Positions 48,787-58,004 of a stretch of 64,000 nucleotides of DNA are shown here, piece after piece. The position numbers and the translations under genes were made by a program. The stretch is from a bacterium (GTDB lineage Bacteria; Patescibacteriota; Minisyncoccia; Phycocordibacterales; UBA2100). How positions within the stretch are numbered: position 1 is the first letter of the stretch; every line of letters starts with the position of its first letter. The notes beneath the pieces were generated by a model. That model saw only the letters and a list, made by a program, of their open reading frames with translations. It searched no databases and was not told the origin of the DNA. The DNA lies in the NCBI GenBank assembly GCA_009924895.1, contig RFQR01000002.1, positions 65,368-129,367 of the forward strand, read 5' to 3'.

Positions 48787-50049
48787 TTAAGAATCTTTAC
48801 GACTAGTAATCTCTTTCATTATACGTGAAATAATCTGGTCAACGGCGCGCATACCCACTTTCTTGGTGCGAGTTTCAAGGGTAACTTTCTTTGCTTTCTT
48901 TTCTTTGTCGCCAATCACAAGGAGGTACGGGGTCTTGAAGGTTTTTGCACGGCCTATGCGCTTGCCGAGGCCTTCGCGAGCGGAGACGTATTCAGCACGG
49001 ATACCTGCTTTTTTGAGCTGTTCGTACACTTTGGTTGCATACGCTTCGTGTGCTTCTCCAACAGGGAGAATAGTAGCCTGCACGGGCGCGAGCCAGACCG
49101 GGAAAGCACCAGCATACTTTTCGATAAGGAACGCCATGATGCGTTCGATAGCACCAATTGATGAACGGTGGACGACAAATACACGCTTCTTTTCTCCGGT
49201 TTCGCTGGTGCAGGTGAGATCAAAACGATCAGGCATGCAGAAGTCGTACTGCACGGTAAACGCCGTATCTTCTTTGCCATTCACATTTTTCATTTGGATA
49301 TCAATTTTTGGTCCATAGAATGCCGCTTCGTCTTTTGCTTCGACGAAACCTGATTTGCGGCTCTTGAGGTGTTTGCGCAAGAGATCCTCTGCTTTTTCCC
49401 AGGCAGTGTCGTTTTTGTAATACTTTTCGGTATTAGCGCGGTCACCGAGAGAGAGGCGATAGTGGTAGTCTTTGCCCATTTTGAGTCCGAAAGTGCCTGC
49501 AACGTATTCGATGAGGTCGAGTGCTTTTCCTACTTCTTCAACAGCCTGCTCTTCCGAGGAGCATACAATGTGTGCATCAGCGAGACAGAAGGTGCGTACG
49601 CGCTGGAGACCCATGAGTTCACCTGACTGCTCATAGCGGTACAGCTGCGCAAGTTCAGCGATACGCATAGGGAGTTCGCGGTAACTGCGTGGCCTTGAAA
49701 GATAGAGTTCAAAGTGGTGAGGGCAGGTCATCGGGCGGAGCATGAACTCTTCGTCATCGATAACTATCGGTGCATACATTGAGTCTTTGTAGTGAGGGTA
49801 GTGACCACTCTTTTTGTAGAGGTCGAGCTTTGCGATGTTGGGGGTATAGACATGGAGGTAACCGCGGCGAATTTCTTCGTCGACGATAAAGCGCTCGAGC
49901 TCGCGGCGGACCGTAGCGCCTCGGGGAGTAAAGAGGGGGAGACCCTTACCGACTGTGTCGGAGAAGGTGAAGAGGTCTAATTCGCGACCAAGTTTTTTAT
50001 GGTCGTTATCGCTCATTCCATTCTGTGCTGGTTGTTTGTTTTCTGACAT
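48787..50049 (-). CDS. thrS: Threonyl-tRNA synthetase, short form (catalytic + anticodon-binding domains only)
   Basis: DHKKLGRELDLF motif and class II core. No TGS or editing domains. Confidence 0.85.
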   Translation of the reverse strand: MSENKQPAQNGMSDNDHKKLGRELDLFTFSDTVGKGLPLFTPRGATVRRELERFIVDEEIRRGYLHVYTPNIAKLDLYKKSGHYPHYKDSMYAPIVIDDEEFMLRPMTCPHHFELYLSRPRSYRELPMRIAELAQLYRYEQSGELMGLQRVRTFCLADAHIVCSSEEQAVEEVGKALDLIEYVAGTFGLKMGKDYHYRLSLGDRANTEKYYKNDTAWEKAEDLLRKHLKSRKSGFVEAKDEAAFYGPKIDIQMKNVNGKEDTAFTVQYDFCMPDRFDLTCTSETGEKKRVFVVHRSSIGAIERIMAFLIEKYAGAFPVWLAPVQATILPVGEAHEAYATKVYEQLKKAGIRAEYVSAREGLGKRIGRAKTFKTPYLLVIGDKEKKAKKVTLETRTKKVGMRAVDQIISRIMKEITSRKDS

Positions 50050-50112
50050 ATAAATCTATCCTAACAGAAGCCCCGCAACGCGCAATGCGCGAAGCGGGGC
50101 TCTCTTCAACGT

Positions 50113-50454
50113 CTATCCGCTCTTGCGCGGTAAAAGAGCGCCTTCCTCTCGTGCCACAGCGTGTGGATCGCTGTTCGGGCAGAGTGATGCGATTGGTATA
50201 CGCACCACTTTTCTTGCCGGTTGCGCCACGGTAAGGAAGTCATCCCACATGCTCTCGAGGTGGGCACGAACCGCGACCTTGTCGAAAGGGGGGGTGGGAT
50301 GTTTGTCAGCCGGGAACAATGCTTGGATGAGTGCAAGCTGTGCAGCTACGAAGCGTTCACGACTAGTCTGCCCCCTTTGTGCGAGTTGGATGGCGTGGAA
50401 CACACATGCGGTCGCCATCAGCTCGTGAGTGGAATTCGTGGTGGCATTCGACAT
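50113..50454 (-). CDS. Hypothetical protein
   Basis: AAGGAG Shine-Dalgarno 8 nt upstream of the ATG at 50454. TTGACA/TATATT-like promoter further upstream. Confidence 0.35.
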   Translation of the reverse strand: MSNATTNSTHELMATACVFHAIQLAQRGQTSRERFVAAQLALIQALFPADKHPTPPFDKVAVRAHLESMWDDFLTVAQPARKVVRIPIASLCPNSDPHAVAREEGALLPRKSG

Positions 50455-50539
50455 GCCATCGCTCCTTCGTTTGTTGAAGATTGACACAAAGTGTCGCTAA
50501 GTAATATATATAATCCACAGAATACTGTCAAGAGTTTTA

Positions 50540-50642
50540 TTGACAAACGTGCGTTTAGTTTTTTAATTGTGCAAGTCTGACTTGCACAAAATTGACAAAC
50601 ATGGGTATAGTTTTTAATTGTGCAAGTCTGACTTGCACAAAA
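50540..50642. repeat. Tandem ~51-bp direct repeat (two units), each 'ttgacaaac-N15-aattgtgcaagtctgacttgcacaaaa', carrying palindrome copies 3 and 4
   Basis: Palindromes at 50567-50589 and 50618-50640. Located between the dnaE 3' end and the promoter of the 50113-50454 gene. Confidence 0.85.
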
Positions 50643-50658
50643 AGAGCGGGAAAGGTGT

Positions 50659-53600
50659 TTAGAGTGGTTTTACGGCTTCTGCAACGAAACTTTTTTCGCC
50701 ACTACGCGTCGACATTTTTCCTTTTACTAAAATACACTTGCCGGGAGCGAGGTGGGGTGCAACTTCAGTGTACGTACGTGGAAAAACAACGACTTCGACT
50801 TCATCGCGCAAATCCGCAATCGACAAAAACGCCATGCGTTCTCCTTTTTTGGTGAGAATAGTATTCATGCTTTGTATGAGGCCGCCTATTACCGTGGTCA
50901 CATGTTCGGGCAACACCTCTTTGGTGCCCTTGATATCGTGTTTTATCTTTGCAAACTTTTCGCGGTGTGCATCAAGTGGGTGCCCCGAGACGTAGAGGCC
51001 GAGCAGTTCTTTCTCCCAATCTAATTTTTGCGGCATAGTTGCTTCAGGCGCTGCGGTAAGAACGAGCGGCGCTATTTTTACAAGCGCAGCACCGAAGAGA
51101 GATGATTGATTCTGTGGCGCATGGGCACTCTCTTTGTGGTACGTAAGTAGCTTTTCAATATGTGCAAGCATTGCCCCGCGTTCGCCGAGTTCGTCGAGCG
51201 CACCGCACTGGATTAAGGACTCAAGCGATTTTTTGTTGAGATTTTTGTCGGTGACGCGGGTGAGAAAGTCGGCGAGGGAAGTGAACTTGCCGCTCTTTTC
51301 TCGTGTGGCAATTATTGAGTCCGCAACCCCTGTGCCAAAGTTTTTGATGGAGTAAAGACCAAAGCGAATCGTTGATTCGTCTATGACCGTAAAGGTGCCT
51401 TGGCTCTCATTGACTGAAGGAGGAAGTACCGTGAGTTTCATCCGTTTACACTCGTCGACAATCTCTCCGATTTTTTCAGTCTCCCCGGCGTCAGAGGTAA
51501 GGAGCGCCGCCATGTAGTCGACAGGATAATTTGCCTTCATATAGGCGGTCTTGTATGCGAGGTTGCCGTAGCTTGCCGCGTGCGCTTTGTTGAAGCCGTA
51601 GGCGGCAAATGTTTCAATCTGTTGCCACAACTGATCCACTATGTCGGGTCGCATCTTGCCAATCTCAATACAGCCTTTCACAAAATTTTCTTTTTGTGCT
51701 GCCATTTCTTCAGGTATTTTTTTACCCATCGCTTTACGGAACTTATCAGCTTCAAGCCATGAGTATCCCGCAAATTGAATTGCAATTTGGAGCACATCGT
51801 CTTGATATGTAATGATACCGTACGAATTTTTGAGAATTGATTCCAAGCGCGGGTCGAGGTATTTCACCAGGGTAGGATTATGTTTGCGCTCAATGTACTG
51901 AGGAATAAAGGCGAGCGGGCCAGGTCGATAGAGTGCGACCATGGCGTTGATGTCGTGGATAACGCTCGGCTTGAGGTTGACTAAATAATTCGTCATACCG
52001 TCACCGGCGAGTTGGAAGACGCCCAGGGTTTCACCGCGCGAGAGCATGGCAAAAGTCTTTTGATCATCAAGCGGCATGGTGTCGAGATTGATGTCGATAT
52101 TGAGACGCTTTTTGACACGCGCTTTCACGTCTGCGAGCGTCGAGAGGTTGGTGAGACCCAGAAAGTCGAATTTGAGAAGCCCCGCATCTTCAACGGCGTA
52201 CATGTCGTACTGGGTGATAATCTTACCGCCCTTAGGATCAAGTTGGATTGGCACGAAGTCGGTGACGGGTGTGGGAGCAATCACAACACCCGCTGCATGC
52301 ACACCGACATGGCGCGCGTTTGCCTCTATTTTTTGGGCAAGGTCTAAGACTTCGCGCGCATCGGAATCAGTTTTATATACTTCGCGCAGCTCGGGAGTGT
52401 CTTTGAGAGCGCTTTCTATCGTGACCGGGAAGCCTTGTTTGCCAAAGGGAATAAGCTTTGCAATGCGGTCACCGATACTATATGAAAATCCGAGTGCACG
52501 GCAGACGTCGCGCACGGCAGCGCGTGCCATCATAGTTCCGAATGTTCCGATCTGAGCGACGTGGTCATCGCCATATTTTTTGCGTGCATAGGCAATCATT
52601 TCATCGCGCCGGTTATCGGCGTAGTCCATATCAATATCGGGTGCAGAAGGTCGTTCAGGATTAAGAAAGCGCTCAAAAGGAAGGCCGTATTCAATTGGGT
52701 TTACGTTGGTGATATGAGAGAGGTACGTAACAAGGGAGCCTGCTACCGAACCGCGGATGTTTGTCAGAATGCCGTTTTCATGGGCAAACCGAAGGAGGTC
52801 AGATACGACAAGAAAATAAGGTGAGTAGCCTTTTTTTGCGATGACAGAAAGTTCGTAGTCGAGGCGTTCACGTAGTTCGGGTGTCTCGGTAAGATTACGT
52901 GTTTTGAAACCTTTGTATGCAAGTTCGCGGAGCACCTGGTCATGTGTCTTGCCCTCGGGCACGGTGATTGCAGGGAAGACCCACGAGCCTAGTTTCAATT
53001 CAACACTGCACTCGGCAGCAATTTTTGCATTGTTTTCAAGCGCATCAGGGTAGTTCTTAAAACGTTTGAGAATTTCTTTGGTGGTTATGAACGAGTGGTC
53101 GGGTAAATCAAGCGAAGCGTCACGATTAAGGGATGTACCAAGGCGTATGTTGTTAACGAGCTCGCGCGCGACTGCGTCATCTTTCTCGAGATAGTACACT
53201 TCGTGTGAAGCAACAACAGGAAGTCCATCTTTTTGTGCGTGTTTTTGAAGTACTTCCATGCGCTCGTTATGTCCTGTGATTTCGGGATGGAGTGTCATTT
53301 CCACATAGACATCGTCGCCAAATATTTTTTTGTACCAGTGAGCAATGTCGCGTGCGCGATCTTCTTGTGTATCGCGGATTGCGATGGAGTAATCGCTTTC
53401 GGTAGCATGCAGGATGGCTATAATGCCGCCTCGATAGCTCTCGATGAGTTCGCGGTCGATGCGGGGGCGTTCAAAAAAGCCTTCAAGAAAGGATTTCGAA
53501 ACGAGCTCGATTAGATTCCGGTAACCTTCATTATTTTTTGCGATAAGGAGAAGGCGTGTATGGGCATCATCAGTACGCATTTCTTTGTCGTATCGAGTGC

Positions 53601-53820
53601 GCGGCGCAACAAAAAAGTCGACTCCAATGATTGATTTAATGCCAGATTTTGCTGCTTCTTTATAAAATTCGATTGCACCATACATGTTGCCGAGGTCGGC
53701 AAGGCACAGTGCGGTCGAGCCCTCTTCTTTTGCCGCTTCGACGAGCGCGTCAATTTTCGGCAGCGCCTCGAGGAGAGAATAGTGTGAGTGGGTATGAAGG
53801 TGAGTAAAAGTCTCGCTCAT
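50659..53820 (-). CDS. dnaE: DNA polymerase III alpha subunit
   Basis: PHP domain (HLHTHSHYSLLE), polymerase core and an OB-fold C-terminus. Confidence 0.95.
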   Translation of the reverse strand: MSETFTHLHTHSHYSLLEALPKIDALVEAAKEEGSTALCLADLGNMYGAIEFYKEAAKSGIKSIIGVDFFVAPRTRYDKEMRTDDAHTRLLLIAKNNEGYRNLIELVSKSFLEGFFERPRIDRELIESYRGGIIAILHATESDYSIAIRDTQEDRARDIAHWYKKIFGDDVYVEMTLHPEITGHNERMEVLQKHAQKDGLPVVASHEVYYLEKDDAVARELVNNIRLGTSLNRDASLDLPDHSFITTKEILKRFKNYPDALENNAKIAAECSVELKLGSWVFPAITVPEGKTHDQVLRELAYKGFKTRNLTETPELRERLDYELSVIAKKGYSPYFLVVSDLLRFAHENGILTNIRGSVAGSLVTYLSHITNVNPIEYGLPFERFLNPERPSAPDIDMDYADNRRDEMIAYARKKYGDDHVAQIGTFGTMMARAAVRDVCRALGFSYSIGDRIAKLIPFGKQGFPVTIESALKDTPELREVYKTDSDAREVLDLAQKIEANARHVGVHAAGVVIAPTPVTDFVPIQLDPKGGKIITQYDMYAVEDAGLLKFDFLGLTNLSTLADVKARVKKRLNIDINLDTMPLDDQKTFAMLSRGETLGVFQLAGDGMTNYLVNLKPSVIHDINAMVALYRPGPLAFIPQYIERKHNPTLVKYLDPRLESILKNSYGIITYQDDVLQIAIQFAGYSWLEADKFRKAMGKKIPEEMAAQKENFVKGCIEIGKMRPDIVDQLWQQIETFAAYGFNKAHAASYGNLAYKTAYMKANYPVDYMAALLTSDAGETEKIGEIVDECKRMKLTVLPPSVNESQGTFTVIDESTIRFGLYSIKNFGTGVADSIIATREKSGKFTSLADFLTRVTDKNLNKKSLESLIQCGALDELGERGAMLAHIEKLLTYHKESAHAPQNQSSLFGAALVKIAPLVLTAAPEATMPQKLDWEKELLGLYVSGHPLDAHREKFAKIKHDIKGTKEVLPEHVTTVIGGLIQSMNTILTKKGERMAFLSIADLRDEVEVVVFPRTYTEVAPHLAPGKCILVKGKMSTRSGEKSFVAEAVKPL

Positions 53821-53841
53821 ATTCGCAGTATACTCTGTCAC

Positions 53842-54420
53842 ATGAATCTTCGGTATGTTGTGGGCGTAGATGAAGTCGGGCGCGGTCCTATCGCCGGCCC
53901 TGTCGCGGTGGGGGCGGTGGTAGTGCCGGTTGATTTTGAATGGGCGCAGCTACCAGAAGTGGGAGATTCGAAGAACATGACGGAAAAAGCACGCGAGCGT
54001 GTGCACGCGCTTGCCCGCTCACTCCCGGTTTCCTACGCGGTGTCGTTTTGTTCCTCACACATAATTGATGAAAAGGGTATCGTTCTTGCTATTTCACACG
54101 CTCTCACCGCTTCTCTCGCTCAATTACAGCTTGACCCTCTTGTATGCAGGGTCCTTCTTGATGGCGCTCTTGCCGCACCGCCACAATTCGTGTACCAGCA
54201 AACAATTATCCGGGGTGATGCTTCTGAGAAGGTGATAGGGCTTGCCTCAATTATGGCGAAGGTCGAGCGTGACCGGTATATGACTGAGCTTTCAGTCCAG
54301 TTTCCACAGTATCGCTTTGAAAAACATAAAGGGTACGGAACCGCTGCACATTATCGCGCCATCCGCGAGCACGGAATACTACCAGAACACAGGTTATCCT
54401 TTCTTTCCACTTTGCAGTAG
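53842..54420 (+). CDS. rnhB: Ribonuclease HII
   Basis: VVGVDEVGRGPIAGPVAVGAVVV active-site region. Confidence 0.9.
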   Translation: MNLRYVVGVDEVGRGPIAGPVAVGAVVVPVDFEWAQLPEVGDSKNMTEKARERVHALARSLPVSYAVSFCSSHIIDEKGIVLAISHALTASLAQLQLDPLVCRVLLDGALAAPPQFVYQQTIIRGDASEKVIGLASIMAKVERDRYMTELSVQFPQYRFEKHKGYGTAAHYRAIREHGILPEHRLSFLSTLQ

Positions 54421-54468
54421 TTCTTTTTTGAGTATCCTGGACCGAGGACACATGGGAGAAAGCGACCA

Positions 54469-54681
54469 ATGGTAACTAAAAAGCAAGTAATCACGTTGTT
54501 TGAAGCTCAGCTGCCGCCCGAGAACGTTTCGGAAGCCGTGTGTTACATCTGCACGCATCGAGAGCGAAAAGCTGAAAAAGGCTGTGCCGGTTGTTCCGAG
54601 AAAAGCCAGTTTCAGGTACGGCCCGGCTCGTGGCCAATTGAGGTCGTACATCTTTTTCGTCCACCTTCACGAGAGCCGTGA
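54469..54681 (+). CDS. Small Cys4 protein, possibly a minimal YceD/DUF177-like protein preceding rpmF
   Basis: CYIC-x10-CAGC motif. Classic position upstream of the L32 gene. Confidence 0.35.
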   Translation: MVTKKQVITLFEAQLPPENVSEAVCYICTHRERKAEKGCAGCSEKSQFQVRPGSWPIEVVHLFRPPSREP

Positions 54682-54748
54682 AGAGGGGGGCGGTCCTTAG
54701 TGACCGCCCTTTGCTTTTTACGATATATTGCGCTATAGTACCGCAACT

Positions 54749-55003
54749 ATGGTAGTACGAATGCGAGCAAATCGATCAAAGCGCGGCAAGCGCCGTTCTC
54801 ACAATGCGCTCGTTGCAGCACACAAAAACCGCTGCGAATGCGGCGCTCTTCGCCTCCCACACCGGGCATGCGCTGAATGCGGTAAATACCGCGGACGAAT
54901 CGTGACTGACGTTGTTGCACTCAAAAAGCGCGAACTCAATCGTGCAAAACGAAAAGAAAAAGCACTCCGCGCAAGTGGCGTTGAGACTGCAAAGGCTGAA
55001 TAA
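54749..55003 (+). CDS. rpmF: 50S ribosomal protein L32 with a Lys-rich C-terminal extension
   Basis: RSKRGKRRSHNAL...CxC...CAEC zinc-ribbon L32 signature. Confidence 0.75.
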   Translation: MVVRMRANRSKRGKRRSHNALVAAHKNRCECGALRLPHRACAECGKYRGRIVTDVVALKKRELNRAKRKEKALRASGVETAKAE

Positions 55004-55184
55004 CGTGCCCGACGATTTTTCTTTGATCGATTTTTTGAAAGAACTAGCTTCTTTCTATGGGTGATTTTGTTTACTTTTGAGAAGATTCAAGAAAAATAAT
55101 CGGGGAACTTTTCCCCACTAAATACTTGGTCTTTTTTAAATGCCCTGCTTTACTATAGGTAGTTACCGTTACGGTACTACTGGT

Positions 55185-56090
55185 ATGTCCAACAGACATT
55201 TATCTCGCTCGGTGGTTCTACAAGTCCTGTTTGAACGTGATGGCTCCCATGGAGGCATGACGCTTGAGCAGGCTCTTTCGCGTTTGGAAGACTACATTGC
55301 AGAATTTGGCGCACGGGAGAGTGATAGGCCTTTTATGCAAACCATTGTACGGACGGCAATTGCCAAACAACCCGAACTTGACGAGGTCATCCGGAAAGCT
55401 GCTCCGGACTGGCCGCTTGAGCGGATTGCTGCAATTGACCGCTCTATCCTGCGCCTTGGTCTTACCGAACTCTTGTTCTCTGACCGTGCACAAGTCCCTG
55501 CGAAGGTTGCCATTAACGAATCAATCGAACTCGCAAAGGAATTTGGAGGTGAATCGTCTTCGAAGTTTGTAAACGGTGTACTCGGCGCTGTCTATCTTGA
55601 ACTGGGTGAACCTGGTAAGGATGAGGGAGACAAGCGAAAAGAAGGCGGGAAAGTCCCAATGCGTACGGAGGAATGTGTCGGCTCTGTTATCTATGCACGG
55701 GAGGGTAGCGACATCTATTTGGCGCTTGTGCATGACATTTTTGGACACTGGACTCTTTCTAAAGGTAAGTTACAAGATGGTGAGGACAAGCGTGCGGGCG
55801 TGGTTCGTAAAGCAAAAGAAGAGACGGGTCTTGATGTTGTCGTGGAAGATGAGCTTGGAGAAAATGAATATGTCGCAAGCGATACTGGGAAGGGAGGGAA
55901 TGCAAAAAAGCGCCGCCACGCTACCTATTTCCTCTCCCGTTCGGAGTTCAAAGATTTGATTATGAAGAAGGATGGCGGTCTTGATGATGCGCAGTGGTTC
56001 CCATTGACCGCAGTCGGGGATTTGAACTTTTACGACGACATATTGCCAATTGTCACAAAGGCGGTGATACTGCTTGCACAAAAAAAGTAA
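55185..56090 (+). CDS. nusB: NusB (transcription antitermination factor) fused to a C-terminal NUDIX hydrolase domain
   Basis: NusB core (RSVVLQVLFE...NESIELAKEFGGESSSKFVNGVLGAV), then a Nudix box (GKLQDGEDKRAGVVRKAKEETGLDV). Confidence 0.7.
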   Translation: MSNRHLSRSVVLQVLFERDGSHGGMTLEQALSRLEDYIAEFGARESDRPFMQTIVRTAIAKQPELDEVIRKAAPDWPLERIAAIDRSILRLGLTELLFSDRAQVPAKVAINESIELAKEFGGESSSKFVNGVLGAVYLELGEPGKDEGDKRKEGGKVPMRTEECVGSVIYAREGSDIYLALVHDIFGHWTLSKGKLQDGEDKRAGVVRKAKEETGLDVVVEDELGENEYVASDTGKGGNAKKRRHATYFLSRSEFKDLIMKKDGGLDDAQWFPLTAVGDLNFYDDILPIVTKAVILLAQKK

Positions 56091-56129
56091 CACGTTGCTT
56101 TGGTTTCCATCTTTGGTACGATGTGATAT

Positions 56130-56300
56130 ATGTCAAATGATTGGTCATCGGTGTACAAAAAATATGCAGGAAAATGGGTCGCTTTTAGCGATTCGGAACG
56201 TGTTGTGGGACATGGTAAGACTGCGCGTGAAGCATTAAACCAGGCGCAAAAAAAGGTCACAAAATGCCCGGTTTACACTATGTGCCGGTTGGAGGTGTGA
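56130..56300 (+). CDS. Small protein (56 aa), DUF5678-like
   Basis: MSNDWSSVYKKYAGKWVAFSDSERVVGHGKTAREALNQAQKKVTKCPVYTMCRLEV. Below the ORF-track cutoff. Confidence 0.3.
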   Translation: MSNDWSSVYKKYAGKWVAFSDSERVVGHGKTAREALNQAQKKVTKCPVYTMCRLEV

Positions 56301-56454
56301 CCCTTGTCGGCTATGAAGTTTCCCTATAAAAAACTCTCAGGTGGTGTAGTTAGGTTACGGAGTCTTGGGGCAGGTTGGATTTTTTGATGCGTTCAAGTAT
56401 GTGAAGTTTGAGAAAGTGTCAGGGTTTATTGAATTAGGAGCTAAGGTATAACAT

Positions 56455-57141
56455 ATGCAATTTACCGACTTCGAAAAAAAGATTGGATACCCATTCAAAG
56501 ATACGTCGTTTCTTGAGGCGGCTTTTACCCACCGTTCCTATTTGAATGAAAATCGCTCCCTCGGAAAAGAGCACAACGAGCGTCTCGAATTTCTTGGCGA
56601 TGCAGTTCTCGAGCTTGCAGTTACCGAGTTTTTGTTTGCCAAGTACCCCAAGGAACCAGAGGGAATTTTGACGTCCTACCGAGCAGCTCTCGTAAACACT
56701 GTAAGTATTTCTGAGGCGGCAACAAAGCTTGGGATGAATGACTTTATGCTTCTCTCTCGTGGAGAGGCGCGCGACACGGGTCGTGCACGCGCAGTTATTT
56801 TGGCGAATGCATTCGAGGCAGTCATTGGTGCGCTCTATCTCGACGGAGGCTATGAGCCTGCTAAGAAGTTTATTGAGGAGCAGCTGTTTTACAAAGTAGA
56901 AGAAGTTGTTGCGAAGAAGCTCTGGCAAGACCCAAAAAGTCGATTCCAAGAAATGGCACAAGAAAAACATGGCGCTACGCCAGCCTACGAACTCGTCTCA
57001 CAGACGGGTCCTGACCATGACAAACGATTCGTTTCCGCAGTTTCGATCAACGGTACCCGCGTGGCGCAAGGTGAGGGGAGGTCAAAACAAGAGGCAGAAG
57101 TCTCTGCGGCAGAGCGAGGGTTACAAGTAAAAGGGTGGTAA
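56455..57141 (+). CDS. rnc: Ribonuclease III
   Basis: Signature (ERLEFLGDAVLELAVTEFLF) and a C-terminal dsRBD. Confidence 0.95.
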   Translation: MQFTDFEKKIGYPFKDTSFLEAAFTHRSYLNENRSLGKEHNERLEFLGDAVLELAVTEFLFAKYPKEPEGILTSYRAALVNTVSISEAATKLGMNDFMLLSRGEARDTGRARAVILANAFEAVIGALYLDGGYEPAKKFIEEQLFYKVEEVVAKKLWQDPKSRFQEMAQEKHGATPAYELVSQTGPDHDKRFVSAVSINGTRVAQGEGRSKQEAEVSAAERGLQVKGW

Positions 57142-57181
57142 GTTTCATTGGCAAAATATACTTTTATGGCACACTAGTGAT

Positions 57182-57475
57182 ATGCAAGACATCTCAAAAG
57201 AAGCCCAAGAAATTGCTGTCAAAATAGTGCGCACACACGTGCCGGATACGATGTATAAAGTTTTTGTATTTGGTTCTCGCGCCTCGGGGAAGGCGCATCC
57301 GCGCTCCGATATTGATATCGGTATTGAAGGCCCTGCACCGCTTCCATACGAAACCGTATCCAATATCCTAGAAGACATAGAAGAAGCTCCCACTTTGTAT
57401 TCCATTGATGTTGTTGACTTTGGTCGTCTTCCAGAAAAATTTAAGCAGACTGTTCGGGAGAGGGTGTATACTTGA
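57182..57475 (+). CDS. Nucleotidyltransferase-domain protein (MNT-type antitoxin of a HEPN/MNT pair)
   Basis: GS...D.D motif (VFVFGSRASGKAHPRSDIDIGIE). Confidence 0.8.
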   Translation: MQDISKEAQEIAVKIVRTHVPDTMYKVFVFGSRASGKAHPRSDIDIGIEGPAPLPYETVSNILEDIEEAPTLYSIDVVDFGRLPEKFKQTVRERVYT

Positions 57476-57855
57476 TGCATATGACAAAACGAGAATCACT
57501 CCGCGAAGATTTTGCAAAAGCAGTGAACCGCCTCGAAGAAGTATTGGCGATTCCTGTTGATCCGATTGTTTGCGACTCTGCGATTCAGCGTTTCGAAATC
57601 GTCTTCGAGTTGTGCTGGAAGTACATGAAAGCGGTTCTTGAAGACGAATTCAATGCAATCTGTACTTCACCGCGCTCTTGCTTTCGTGCAGGTTTTAAGC
57701 AAGGTATGATTGATAACGATCCGTTCTGGATTGAACTCACAAAGCTTCGAAACTATACCGTGCACACATATAATCAAGATCTTGCTGACTATGTCTATAC
57801 ACATCTCGCAGAGTCTCTTAAGCGATTTAAGGTTGTACTGAACTGGGAGGGATAG
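57472..57855 (+). CDS. HEPN-domain protein (HI0074/HepT-like nucleotidyltransferase substrate-binding protein; toxin)
   Basis: R-x4-HxY HEPN motif (LRNYTVHTY). 4-bp ATGA overlap with the upstream MNT gene. Confidence 0.8.
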   Translation: MMHMTKRESLREDFAKAVNRLEEVLAIPVDPIVCDSAIQRFEIVFELCWKYMKAVLEDEFNAICTSPRSCFRAGFKQGMIDNDPFWIELTKLRNYTVHTYNQDLADYVYTHLAESLKRFKVVLNWEG

Positions 57856-57908
57856 GTATCTTTATAAAGTTAGTGAATAATGTATAAACTTTATAAAGTT
57901 TATGAGCT

Positions 57909-58004
57909 CCGTATTCAGCAACGGCACCCGTGTTGCCCAAGGTGAAGGACGATCAAAACAAGAGGCAGAAGTCTCTGCGGCAGAGCGAGGGTTACAAGTA
58001 AAAG
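57909..58004 (+). repeat. Displaced duplicate of the rnc 3' end (encodes ...NGTRVAQGEGRSKQEAEVSAAERGLQVKGW* as a 35-aa mini-ORF 57904-58011). A third degenerate copy lies at about 58044-58090.
   Basis: The 59-nt run tcaaaacaagaggcagaagtctctgcggcagagcgagggttacaagtaaaagggtggta is identical to 57083-57141. The upstream ~45 nt differ only at synonymous positions. Confidence 0.8.

Noticed and set aside
50567-50640. Palindromes as Rho-independent terminators for dnaE
   Set aside because: Neither strand has a U-tract after the stem on the transcript. Identical copies also occur inside coding sequences.
50592-50855. 87-aa plus-strand ORF with a TTG start
   Set aside because: Antisense to the conserved dnaE 3' end and begins inside the repeat unit. 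No motif.
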